From: Longimicrobiales bacterium
Lineage (GTDB): Bacteria > Gemmatimonadota > Gemmatimonadetes > Longimicrobiales > Gaopeijiaceae
Reading direction: 5' to 3'
NCBI GenBank assembly: GCA_041690395.1
Contig: JAWLHJ010000002.1
Coordinates: forward strand, 164,697 to 228,696
DNA: 64,000 nucleotides
Shown: positions 8,091 to 21,205 of the stretch, in pieces
How the letters are laid out: every line of letters begins with the position of its first letter
How positions within the stretch are numbered: the first letter of the stretch is position 1
Position numbers and translations under genes: made by a program
Notes under the pieces: model-generated
Database searches by the model: none
Seen by the model: the letters and a program-made list of their open reading frames with translations, nothing else
Told to the model about the DNA's origin: nothing

Positions 8091-10772
8091 ATGTCGAAAT
8101 GGGTCGGGGTGGTGGGGTTGTGGCTGATCACGCTCATGGGTTCCGTGCCGGCCGGGGTCGCGGCCTTCCAGGACGGATCGTCGGACGGCCCGCCGCGAGC
8201 CCGCTGGGCCGGCGCGACCGCTCCCGCGCTCCCGGTGCTGAACGCGACACGGGTCGACGACGAGACCATCGAGATCGACGGGCGCGCGGACGAGGCGGCA
8301 TGGCGCACGGCTCAGGCGGCGTCGGACTTCATCCAGTTCGAGCCCGTCGAAGGAGCTCCGGCCTCGGAACGCACGGAGGCGAGGGTCCTGTACGGGAGCG
8401 GCGCCCTCTTCGTCTTCCTGAAGGCATGGGAGTCGCGTCCGGAGGAGATCGTCGGCCAGCTCACGCGTCGCGATCAGGGATCCCACTCGGACATCCTGGG
8501 CGTGGTCATCGACTCGTACTTCGACCGCCGCACGGCCTTCCAGTTCGCCGTGAATCCGGTGGGCGTCAAGCACGACGTCTATCACTTCGACGACACGAGC
8601 GAGGACTCGGGGTGGGACGCGGTGTGGAACGTCGAGACGTCGATCGATGCCGACGGCTGGTCCGCGGAGTTCCGGATTCCCTATTCGCAGCTCCGCTTCC
8701 GCGAGGGCGCGAGGCAGACGTGGGGCATCAACTTCATCCGCCGCATCGCGCGCCACCAGGAGATGACCGTCTGGGCGCCGAGCACGCGCTCCGACGGGGC
8801 GATCGTCTCCCGCTTCGGTGAGCTACGCGGCCTGACGGACATCGACACGCCGGGCCGAATGGAGGTGCTCCCCTACACGCTCGCGGGAGCCGAGCGAGGC
8901 CCGGGTGACACGGCCGACCCCTTCTACCGGACGACCGACCCGATCGGGGCGGTCGGCGCCGACCTCAAGTACGGCGTCACGTCCGACCTCACGCTCGACG
9001 TCACGATCAACCCCGACTTCGGTCAGGTCGAGGCGGATCCCGCTCAGGTGAACCTCTCGGCTCTGGAGACCTTCCTCCCCGAGCGGCGGCCGTTCTTCGT
9101 CGAAGGCTCGAGCATCTTCAACTTCTCGCTCGCGTTGGGCGACGGGGACGGCGCGGTGGAGTCGCTGTTCTACTCCCGCCGGATCGGACGTGCGCCGCAG
9201 GGCGACGTCGACATCGCCGACGACGCGTACTCCGACGCGGACGACCGCACCACGATCTACGCGGCGTGGAAGCTCTCCGGGAAAACGGCCGGCGGCTGGT
9301 CGATCGGTGCCCTCCACGCCGTCACGGCCGAGGAGCGCGCGATCGTGGCGCCGGCGACCGGGCCACGCTATCACGAGGCCGTCGAGCCGCTCTCCAACTA
9401 CGGCGTCCTCCGGATCTCGAAGGACTTCCGCGACGGGCGCTCCGCCGTCGGGCTGATCGGGACCGGCACCCGCCGGGACGCGGACGTGGCCGAGGCCCTC
9501 GAGCTCCGCTCGGAAGCCTATGCCGGCGGGGTCGACTTCAGACACCGCTTCGGCGCCGACAACTGGCAGCTGTCGGGGTACCTGATCGGAAGCCGCGTGA
9601 GTGGCTCCCCGGACGCCATCGACCGCACGCAGCGATCGGCGGCGCGCTACTACCAGCGACCCGACGCAGAGCATCTGACCTACGACCCGAACCGTACCTC
9701 CCTCACGGGAGCTTCGGCGAACGTCGGTGTCAGCAAGATCGCCGGCGGCTTCTGGCGCGTGGGCACGGGTGTGCAGACCCGCACGCCCGGCTTCGAGGTA
9801 AACGACCTCGGATTCCTGAACGAAGCCGACTACGCAACGCACTGGGGATGGCTCGGCTACCACCGCTCGAATCCCGTGGGGCCATTCCGCCGGGTGAACG
9901 TGAACCTGAACGCGTTCCACAGCTGGAGCTATGGAGGCGACCGGATCGGGACGGGCGGCAACGTGAACACGAACTTCCAGCTCCACAACTTCTGGAATGC
10001 CTGGGCCGGGGTGAACCACGACCTGGAGGCGCTCGACGCCGGCACGTTGCGCGGCGGTCCGCTCTTCCGACGTGAAGCGCAGACGAACTTCTGGGGTGGC
10101 CTCGGCACGGACTCCAGGAAGGCGGTTCAGGTCAACGTGAGCACGTTCGGGAACGTGCGGCCGGAAAGCGACTCCTGGCAGTTGAACCTGTCTCCGAACA
10201 TCCGCATCCGGCCGTCCGGCCGGGCCACGTTCAACATCGGAGCGTTCTTCAACCAGCGCATCGACGACCGACAGTGGGTCGCCAGGGTGGAGACCGATCG
10301 GCAGCACTACCTGTTCGGTCGAATCGACCAGACCACGGTGGGCGCCACGCTCCGCGCGGACTACGCGTTCACCCCCACGCTCTCGGTCCAGCTCTACGCC
10401 CAGCCGTTCGTCAGCGCCGGGAGCTACGACCGCTTCAAGCAGGTCGCCGACCCGACCGCCGCCCGTTACGACGACCGCTTCACGGGCATCGCGGTCCGGG
10501 CCGACGGCGACGAATACCTCTCCGATCTGGACGGAGACGCGGTCGAAGAGTCGTTCGACGACCCCGACTTCAACGTGCGCCAATTCCGGTCGAACGCCGT
10601 CCTGAGGTGGGAGTATCGGCCGGGCTCCACGCTCTACGTGGTCTGGTCCCAGGGGAGAGACGATTCACCGGACGCCGGCGCCTTCGATCTCGCGCGCGAC
10701 GTGCGCGGCCTCTTCGACACGCACCCGACCAACGTGTTCATGGTGAAGCTGTCGTACTGGCTGGGCAGGTAG
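8091..10772 (+). CDS. DUF5916 / CBM9-like domain outer-membrane beta-barrel protein
   Basis: Signal peptide; IDGRADEAAW, F.VNPVGVK.D, GWSAEFRIPYSQLRF, TINPDFGQVEADP, FLPERRPFFVEG, LFYSRRIGRAP, NAVLRWEYRPGS, C-terminal KLSYW. Confidence 0.85.
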   Translation: MSKWVGVVGLWLITLMGSVPAGVAAFQDGSSDGPPRARWAGATAPALPVLNATRVDDETIEIDGRADEAAWRTAQAASDFIQFEPVEGAPASERTEARVLYGSGALFVFLKAWESRPEEIVGQLTRRDQGSHSDILGVVIDSYFDRRTAFQFAVNPVGVKHDVYHFDDTSEDSGWDAVWNVETSIDADGWSAEFRIPYSQLRFREGARQTWGINFIRRIARHQEMTVWAPSTRSDGAIVSRFGELRGLTDIDTPGRMEVLPYTLAGAERGPGDTADPFYRTTDPIGAVGADLKYGVTSDLTLDVTINPDFGQVEADPAQVNLSALETFLPERRPFFVEGSSIFNFSLALGDGDGAVESLFYSRRIGRAPQGDVDIADDAYSDADDRTTIYAAWKLSGKTAGGWSIGALHAVTAEERAIVAPATGPRYHEAVEPLSNYGVLRISKDFRDGRSAVGLIGTGTRRDADVAEALELRSEAYAGGVDFRHRFGADNWQLSGYLIGSRVSGSPDAIDRTQRSAARYYQRPDAEHLTYDPNRTSLTGASANVGVSKIAGGFWRVGTGVQTRTPGFEVNDLGFLNEADYATHWGWLGYHRSNPVGPFRRVNVNLNAFHSWSYGGDRIGTGGNVNTNFQLHNFWNAWAGVNHDLEALDAGTLRGGPLFRREAQTNFWGGLGTDSRKAVQVNVSTFGNVRPESDSWQLNLSPNIRIRPSGRATFNIGAFFNQRIDDRQWVARVETDRQHYLFGRIDQTTVGATLRADYAFTPTLSVQLYAQPFVSAGSYDRFKQVADPTAARYDDRFTGIAVRADGDEYLSDLDGDAVEESFDDPDFNVRQFRSNAVLRWEYRPGSTLYVVWSQGRDDSPDAGAFDLARDVRGLFDTHPTNVFMVKLSYWLGR

Positions 10773-10838
10773 GTCGGCGGACCGCGCGACCCGGCGGGAC
10801 CTCGGTTGGAGATTCCTCCCGGCCGCGCGGCTCCGGCG

Positions 10839-11024
10839 TCAGATCAGATTCCAGTAGGCGGTCGTCCTGCACTTCTTCCAGATCAAGTAGCCCTTGCATA
10901 GCTCGGAGCAGGGGGCGCCGCCGATCCTGGAGCACTCGGCCGCCTCGACCGGCCTGCCCGGCACCAGGAAGAACGAGCACAGGGTGACGAGGAGCGCGAT
11001 GCCATAGAACGCCTTCGCGGTCAT
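10839..11024 (-). CDS. Small secreted cysteine-rich peptide (61 aa)
   Basis: GGGAGG RBS upstream of ATG 11024. Signal peptide ending PVEA, then mature AECSRIGGAPCSELCKGYLIWKKCRTTAYWNLI with 4 Cys. Confidence 0.65.
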   Translation of the reverse strand: MTAKAFYGIALLVTLCSFFLVPGRPVEAAECSRIGGAPCSELCKGYLIWKKCRTTAYWNLI

Positions 11025-11128
11025 GGGGACCTCCCGTGTGATGAGGTGGGCGATGGCGGACGATGGCCGTCGCCCCGGGACAACTCCATGCCCGATCGGG
11101 CCCGCGGGCCGGGAGTTCACCGACGCCC

Positions 11129-11157
11129 TTGGATTCCTGACCCTTCCCCCCTAGCTT
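11129..11157 (+). promoter_or_regulatory. Putative sigma70-type promoter for the metH leader
   Basis: TTGGAT-N17-TAGCTT about 20 nt upstream of the riboswitch-like element. Confidence 0.5.
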
Positions 11158-11177
11158 GAGTGTGTAGAAAAAGACAC

Positions 11178-11252
11178 CGGGGCGATTTGAGGCATATTGC
11201 GGCCCGCCTGGCACCTCCATCGGGGAGCGCCGGGCAAACGAGCTAAAACGCC
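11178..11252 (+). ncRNA. SAM-II-type riboswitch (long-loop variant)
   Basis: CGGGGC-GATTTGAGGCATATTGC-GGCCCG, inserted hairpin CCTGGC..CTCC/GGAG..GCCGGG, then AAACGAGCTAAAACGCC. Matches SAM-II hallmarks (GAUUU...UUGC...AAA..GCUAAA) and lies directly upstream of metH. Confidence 0.8.
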
Positions 11253-11254
11253 GT

Positions 11255-11287
11255 GCCCCTTCGCGAACCTGTCGCGGTGGGGTTTTT
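11255..11287 (+). terminator. Intrinsic terminator (riboswitch expression platform)
   Basis: GCCCC-T-TCGCGA-ACCTG-TCGCGG-T-GGGG hairpin followed by TTTTT. Confidence 0.7.
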
Positions 11288-11314
11288 CCGTTTCAGCCAC
11301 AGAAGAGCGAGCAG

Positions 11315-15024
<3,710 letters not shown>

Positions 15025-15028
<4 letters not shown>

Positions 15029-16875
15029 GGGAGCTGATCGACGACGGTCGGGTCCACGTTTTCGACGGGGCGATGGGCACCCTGCTCTACAGCCGTGGCG
15101 TGTTCGTGAACGTCTGCTACGACCAGCTGAGCCTCGACCGCCCCGACACGATCCGACGCATTCACGAGGAGTACGTCGCGGCCGGAGCGGAGATCCTCGA
15201 GACGAACACCTTCGGCGCGAATCCCGTGAAGCTGTCCGCCTACGGGCTCGCCGACCGGACCGAGGAGATCAACCGGGCGGCGGCCGGTCTCGCGATCGAG
15301 GCGGCCGGCGACACCGTGTGGGTCACGGGCGCGATCGGCCCGCTCGGCATCCGGATCGAGCCGTTCGGACCGACATCGAGGGAGGAGGCGCAGGAGCTCT
15401 TCGGCAGGCAGGTCGACGGGCTCCTCGAAGGCGGAGTGCACGGCTTCGTGCTCGAGACCTTCTCCGATCTGACGGAGATCGAGTACGCGTTCCGGGCCGT
15501 TCGCGAGCGCACCGACCTCCCGGTCGTCGCCCAGATGACGGTCGGGCAGGACGGACGCACGTCGTACGGGGCCGACGCGGCGCAGGTCGCCCGGGCGCTG
15601 ACGGACCTGGGCGCCGACGTCGTCGGGCTCAACTGCTCCGTCGGACCCGCGGTCATGCTCGACGCGATCGAGACTATGGCGCAGGCCACGTCTCTGCCCC
15701 TCGTCGCCCAGCCGAACGCCGGACTCCCCCGCACGGTCGGCGACCGCAAGATGTATCTCGCCAGCCCGGAGTACATGGCGCAGTACGCCCTCCGGATGAT
15801 CGACGCCGGGGTACGCTTCGTGGGCGGGTGCTGCGGCACGACTCCCGACCACGTGCGGAAGCTGCGGGCCGCCGTGGCGTCCACCCAACCTCGACACGCC
15901 ACCGTTCGCGTGCCCGACGCGCCGCGGGCCGAGCGCGCGTCCGCCGGGAAGGTCCTCGTTCCGCTGGAGGCCCGCTCCGCCTGGGGGCGCAAGCTGGCAC
16001 GGGGAGAGCCCGTCGTGTCCGTGGAGATCCTTCCACCCGAGGGATGGGCCACCGAGGAGCTCGTCCGTCCCGCCCGTAAGCTGAAGGTCGCGGGCGTGGA
16101 CGCGGTCGCGGTGCTCGAGAGCCCACGGGCACGTAGCCGCATGAGCGCGCTGTCGGCCGCCACCATCATCGAGCGAGAGGTCGGCATCGAGACCATCCTG
16201 CACTACACGTGCAGGGACAAGAACATGCTCGGCATGATCTCCGACCTGTTGGGTGCGGCGGCGTCCGGGCTCCACAACCTGTTGGTCGTCAGCGGCGAGC
16301 TCCCGACCATGGGACCCTACCCGGACGCGACCGCCGTCTTCGACATCGACGCCATCGGGCTCACCAACGTGATCCAGGGCCTGAACCGCGGGGTGGACCC
16401 CGGCGGCAATCCCATCGGCGACCCGACCGAGTTCGTCCAGGGTGTCGCCATCAATCAGGGAGCCGTGGACCAGGCCCGGGAGCTCGAGCGGTTCCGGTAC
16501 AAGGTCGAGGCCGGCGCCGACTACGCGGTCTCGCAACCCGTGTTCGACCCCGAGGCCCTGGAGCGTTTCCTGGAAGCGTCCGGGCGGACCATCCCCGTCG
16601 TAGCCGGCATCTGGCCGCTCCTCGACCTCCGTAACGCGGAGTTCCTGGCCAACGAGATGCCCGGGGTGCGCGTGCCCGCGCGCGTGGTCGAGCGGATGCG
16701 GGAAGCGCAGGATTCGGGGAAGGACGCCGCGCTGGAGGAAGGCATCCGCATCGCGCTGGAAACGGTCGAAGCCGTGCGCCCCTTCGTGAGCGGCTTTCAC
16801 GTGCACGCGCCCGACCGGCGGGTCGACGTGGCGCTCAGCGTGCTCCGGGAGGGCGGGTTGCGGGCCACGGCCTGA
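15025..16875 (+). CDS. yitJ: Bifunctional homocysteine S-methyltransferase / methylenetetrahydrofolate reductase (YitJ-like)
   Basis: [37 protein letters not shown], then MTHFR domain ([29 protein letters not shown]). The TTG start overlaps the metH stop (TTGA). Confidence 0.9.
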
Positions 16876-16996
16876 ACGGCGGCCGCGCCCCCCACCCACG
16901 GCGGCAACGCCTGGAGATGGACTGGGCGTGGGGCCGGCTGGAAGATTCGGGCTTGGCTATATTCGGATCAGTCAACTCTGGAAGGAAAGGTATCCA

Positions 16997-17476
16997 ATGG
17001 GGATCTTCAACTTCGTGAAGGAAGCCGGCGCCAAGGTCGGCCTCGGCGAGTCACCGTCCGAGGCAGCGGCGGAAGCCGCCAAGGACGAAGAGCTCCACGA
17101 GCTGCGGGAGGGGAACCGTCTCCTGCGCGTCCTTCTGGGGCTCGACCTGGGGATCGACAAGCCCCGGGTGACGTATGACGACGGCGTGGCGACGATCTCG
17201 GGAACGGCCCCCAGCCAGGCAGTCAAGGAGAAGGCCGTCCTGGCGATCGGCAACTGCGCTGGGGTCGCCTCGGTGGATGACCGGATCGACGTCGTCGAAG
17301 CCGCGGCCGAAGCCGTCTTCTACACGGTGAAGAAGGGCGACACGCTGGGTGCCATCGCCAAGGAACACCTCGGCTCCGCCCAGCGGTACCCGGAGATCTT
17401 CGAGGCCAACAAGCCCATGCTGAAGGACCCGAACCTCATCTATCCCGGGCAGGTGCTGCGCATCCCCCAGGACTAG
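16997..17476 (+). CDS. BON-LysM protein (YgaU/Kbp family)
   Basis: MGIFNFVKEAG, KEKAVLAIGN, YTVKKGDTL, IFEANKPMLKDPNLIYPGQVLRIP. AAGGAAAGG RBS. Confidence 0.9.
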   Translation: MGIFNFVKEAGAKVGLGESPSEAAAEAAKDEELHELREGNRLLRVLLGLDLGIDKPRVTYDDGVATISGTAPSQAVKEKAVLAIGNCAGVASVDDRIDVVEAAAEAVFYTVKKGDTLGAIAKEHLGSAQRYPEIFEANKPMLKDPNLIYPGQVLRIPQD

Positions 17477-17533
17477 AGCCGTCCTGGGGGACCCGTCCGT
17501 TCATGGGCGTCGACCCCGCTCGCTACACTCGCA

Positions 17534-17941
17534 TCAGCCTGCGAGCGGTGTAGACACACCGAGTTTGAACCCGTCGGGATCCTTGAACTGAAACACGCGT
17601 GCACCCCACGGACGATCCTCCGGTTGGGTCAGCAGCGTTCCCCCCGCCGCCTCGATCCGCGCCGCAGCCGCATCCACATCGGCGGGGCCCGCCACGTTGA
17701 TCTGCAGATAGAACCCTTGGCCCTTGATGCGGTCCCAGCCGAGTTGGCCGTCATCCTGATTGAGGACCAGACGGCAATCGCCGGCCGCGACGACCGCCGC
17801 AACCACCTTGCCTTCGTGCTCGAACGACTGCTCCACGGCGAAGCCGATGGCGTCGCGGTAGAAGCGGATCGAAGTCTCCAGATCCTTGCAAGTGAGCGAG
17901 CCACCGAGGTGGGTCGCGTTGATGGCTGGGGTGCTGGTCAT
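17534..17941 (-). CDS. VOC / glyoxalase family protein
   Basis: DLETSIRFYRDAIGF, PEDRPWGARVFQFKDPDGF. Confidence 0.85.
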   Translation of the reverse strand: MTSTPAINATHLGGSLTCKDLETSIRFYRDAIGFAVEQSFEHEGKVVAAVVAAGDCRLVLNQDDGQLGWDRIKGQGFYLQINVAGPADVDAAAARIEAAGGTLLTQPEDRPWGARVFQFKDPDGFKLGVSTPLAG

Positions 17942-18070
17942 GGATTGCCCGGGCATAAGTGGGTTACGAGTAATGGCCGCGGAGACTATCACTCTTGCAT
18001 CGGCGCCGCCACGTCGGACGCCGGTGCCCCGCCATCGGACCCTCCACCGATTCCACCTCAGGAGAGATGC

Positions 18071-18874
18071 ATGGAGCGCTACCGCGTAGAACCCGGCTCG
18101 ACGGTTCGCCTGTCGGACATCGATCCCGGGGAGCGTCTTTCCTTCGATGGAAAGAAGGAGTTGGGCAACGAGTACCTGGAGGAGCTCACCGGGCGCCTCC
18201 GAACCCTCCAGGAACTCCTCTACGCCGAGGGACGCCACCGGGTCCTGGTGGTGCTACAGGCCATGGACACCGGGGGTAAGGACGGAGTCATCCGCCACGT
18301 CTTCCGAACCGTGAACCCCCAGGGGGTCAAGGTGGCCGGCTTCAAGGCCCCTTCCTCGCGGGAACTGGCCCACGACTATCTCTGGCGTATCCACCGGGAG
18401 ACCCCTGCCCGAGGCGAGATCCAGATCTTCAACCGAAGCCACTACGAGGATGTCCTGGTGGTCCGGGTCCGGAATCTGGTGACGCCCGAAGTCTGGGAGC
18501 GGCGGTACAACCACATCCGGGAGTTCGAACGGATGCTGGCGGACGAGGGAACCACCATCCTCAAGTTCTTTCTCCATATCTCGAAAGACGAACAGGCAGA
18601 ACGGCTCCAGGCCCGGCTCGACGACCCGGAGAAACACTGGAAGTTCAGCCCGGCGGACCTGGAGGAGCGGAAGCTCTGGGACGACTACCAGCAAGCCCTC
18701 GAGGTGGCGCTCACCCGAACGAGCACCCCGTGGGCGCCGTGGTACGTCGTGCCCGCCAACTCGAAATGGTACCGGAATCTCGTGGTGGCCCGGGTCCTGG
18801 TAGACACCCTGGAAGGACTGGATATGCGCTTCCCCGAGTCGAGCATGGATCTCGAGGGAATCCGGGTGGAGTGA
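18071..18874 (+). CDS. ppk2: Polyphosphate kinase 2 family (polyphosphate:nucleotide phosphotransferase)
   Basis: LQAMDTGGKDG, FKAPS, FNRSHYEDVL, KFFLHISK, APWYVVPA..KW. AGGAGA RBS. Confidence 0.92.
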   Translation: MERYRVEPGSTVRLSDIDPGERLSFDGKKELGNEYLEELTGRLRTLQELLYAEGRHRVLVVLQAMDTGGKDGVIRHVFRTVNPQGVKVAGFKAPSSRELAHDYLWRIHRETPARGEIQIFNRSHYEDVLVVRVRNLVTPEVWERRYNHIREFERMLADEGTTILKFFLHISKDEQAERLQARLDDPEKHWKFSPADLEERKLWDDYQQALEVALTRTSTPWAPWYVVPANSKWYRNLVVARVLVDTLEGLDMRFPESSMDLEGIRVE

Positions 18875-18892
18875 GGGTGAGGCGGCTCCCCT

Positions 18893-19759
18893 CTACACCT
18901 GGGCGAGCACATCGGCCAGCGCGCGGTCGATCCCCCGGGTGGGGAGGTTGCTGACGTAGATCTTGTCGGCGCCCACGGAGCGTAGGCCACGGATGGTCCT
19001 CGCGAGCACCTCTTCGGGCCCCGCCCCGGCATCGAATTCCCTGGTGATCTCCTCTGCGGGCACCGGGAAGAAGTCCGACAGGATGGAGAGGGTGCGCTCG
19101 TTCGCGCTGCGGTAGAAGAAGACGCCGAAGACGACGGGGATCTCGATCCCCCTCCTGTCCGCCGCCTCCAGGAACCGCTCCACTGCGTCCAACGAGTGGT
19201 GCGAGACGATCTGGGCCAGGGCGTAGTCGTTGTGCGCGTCCGGCGTCTCCAGGAAGTCCAGCTGACGTTCGGGATCACGGTGGGGATTCACCCACCCGCC
19301 CAGGGCGAAGGACGGGATGCGTCGACGGATGATCTCACGCAGGTCCCGGCCGTGCGGCACGCATCGGGGCTGGCCGACGTCCTTGTCGCCCCCGAGCACG
19401 GTGAGCGTCTCGAAGCCGTCCGACGCGGCACGCGACGCGAACATCGTGCAATACTCGAGCGAGTGCTTGCAGGTGAGGATCGGCACGATGTGTCGCAGGT
19501 CGACGGTGTCGCCCACGTTCGCCCCCACGTGTGCCAGGCTCTCTTCCTCCTCCGCCCCGACCGCGTTGTCCGTCAGGAAGACGAAGCGTCCGGCTCGGGC
19601 CAGCCGGCCGAGAGCGTGGTGGAGATCGATCCACTCGCCCATGCCCACCCCCGCGGCGAGGTCGGCCTTCGGCGGGCGGAGCTCGACCGACACGAAGGGG
19701 CCGGGACGCGTGAGCTCCTCCAGCAGGAGCGTGCCGGTTCCGGGGGTGGAAACAGTCAT
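18893..19759 (-). CDS. Stand-alone, divergent methylenetetrahydrofolate reductase-like protein
   Basis: SVELRPP, FLTDN, PILTCK, VLGGD, GGWVNP, LAQ: MTHFR TIM-barrel motifs. The ATG overlaps the pepP stop. Confidence 0.65.
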   Translation of the reverse strand: MTVSTPGTGTLLLEELTRPGPFVSVELRPPKADLAAGVGMGEWIDLHHALGRLARAGRFVFLTDNAVGAEEEESLAHVGANVGDTVDLRHIVPILTCKHSLEYCTMFASRAASDGFETLTVLGGDKDVGQPRCVPHGRDLREIIRRRIPSFALGGWVNPHRDPERQLDFLETPDAHNDYALAQIVSHHSLDAVERFLEAADRRGIEIPVVFGVFFYRSANERTLSILSDFFPVPAEEITREFDAGAGPEEVLARTIRGLRSVGADKIYVSNLPTRGIDRALADVLAQV

Positions 19760-21084
19760 CGAAGATCGTCCATCAACTTTTCTATGTCGTCCGGCGCGGT
19801 CGGCAGCGCCAGCGTGAGATTCTCGTGTCCGGCCTCGGTCACCAGCACGTCGTCCTCGATGCGGACGCCGATACCGGCGTAAGGTTCCACCCGCTCGTCC
19901 CCGTCGGGCCGGAAGTAGAGGCCGGGTTCGACCGTGAGAACCATACCCGGCTCGAGCGCACGAGGTGTCCCCGCCCGGGCATAGTCCCCGGGATCGTGGA
20001 CGTCGAGGCCGAGCCAATGCGAGGTCTGATGCGGGTAGTAGCGCTTGTGGGCGTCCCGCGCCACGAGCTCGTCCACGTCACCGGCGAGCACGCCCAGGTC
20101 GATCAGCCCCTTCACCACGGCCCGAACCGCCACCTGGTGCACGGCCGCGACCGTGACGCCGGGGCGGACGGTAGCCACGGCGGCCGCCCGCGCGGCCTCC
20201 ACCACGTCGTAGACCCGTCGCTGCGCGTCGGTGAAGCGTCCGGACGCGGGATACGTGCGCGTGACGTCGCCGTTGTACAGGCTGAGCTCCGCGCCCGCGT
20301 CCACCAGAACGAGGGCGTCGTCGGCGATGTACGCATCGTTCGCGCGGTAGTGGAGCACGCACGCGTTCGCGCCCGAGCCGACGATCGTGCCGAACCCCGG
20401 AACACCACCGCCCCGGCCGAACGCGGCTTCGAGCTCGGCCTGGACCCACCACTCTCCCCGGCCAGGCCGGATCGCGCCGGCCGCCGCCCGGTGTCCCTCG
20501 ATGGTCAGCCGGGCCGCCGAGCGTATCCGTTCGATCTCGTGCGTATCCTTGCGTAGCCGGAGATCGTCAAGGATCTCGCCCGGGTCGACGACGCCTCTCG
20601 GACCCGTGCCCGTGCGGGGGCCGCGCGCCCGGGCCTGCTCGAGGGCGGCCACGATCAGTCGCTCGATTCGACCTCCCCTCCCCACGCGCGCGTACACGCG
20701 ATCCGCGGGGGCCAGCAGGTCGGGGAGACGCTGCTCGAGTTCGGCCAGCGGATGGCAGGCGTCGGGTCCGAACCGCTCCATGGCCTCGGCGGGTCCATCG
20801 CGGGGTCCACCCCACAGCTCGCGATCGGGATCGCGCTCCGCGACGAATAGCGTCCACGTTCCGGGATCTCCGCCCGAGAGAACCGCGACGGCATCGGGCT
20901 CTTCCACGCCGGTGACGTAGAAGAGCTCTCTGTCCGGCCGGTAAGCCAGGTCGGTGTCCCTGGAGGAGAACTGCACCTCTGCGGCGGGCAGCACCATGAC
21001 GCCCGACCCGAGCGCCTCGAGCACGGACGCGCGGCGGGCGTGCAGCCGTTCGGCGGGAGGGGTTCTTCGTTCCTTGCGATCCAT
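19756..21084 (-). CDS. pepP: Xaa-Pro aminopeptidase (aminopeptidase P)
   Basis: YVTGVEEPDAV, IVGSGANACVLHY, LVDAGAE, DVTRT, HQTSHWLGLDVHD, TVEPGLY, GVRIEDDV. Confidence 0.92.
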   Translation of the reverse strand: MDRKERRTPPAERLHARRASVLEALGSGVMVLPAAEVQFSSRDTDLAYRPDRELFYVTGVEEPDAVAVLSGGDPGTWTLFVAERDPDRELWGGPRDGPAEAMERFGPDACHPLAELEQRLPDLLAPADRVYARVGRGGRIERLIVAALEQARARGPRTGTGPRGVVDPGEILDDLRLRKDTHEIERIRSAARLTIEGHRAAAGAIRPGRGEWWVQAELEAAFGRGGGVPGFGTIVGSGANACVLHYRANDAYIADDALVLVDAGAELSLYNGDVTRTYPASGRFTDAQRRVYDVVEAARAAAVATVRPGVTVAAVHQVAVRAVVKGLIDLGVLAGDVDELVARDAHKRYYPHQTSHWLGLDVHDPGDYARAGTPRALEPGMVLTVEPGLYFRPDGDERVEPYAGIGVRIEDDVLVTEAGHENLTLALPTAPDDIEKLMDDLR

Positions 21085-21205
21085 GCGCCAAAGTAGCGAG
21101 ACACCGAGCCAGGAGTCACCCCACGCCGGGCAGACGAGAGGCGGCGAGCGCGATATCTTCATCGGAGTTCCGCCCCATGCATTCCGATCGACGAGGGACG
21201 ACCCG

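Noticed and set aside
17534..18874. VOC/ppk2 segment looks slightly less GC-rich (horizontal insertion?)
   Set aside because: The difference is small by eye, with no flanking repeats or mobility genes; it would need a computed codon/GC profile.
21085..21205. Possible cobalamin or other riboswitch before the TonB receptor, given metH nearby
   Set aside because: The region is only about 120 nt and shows no B12-box or other recognisable aptamer motif.
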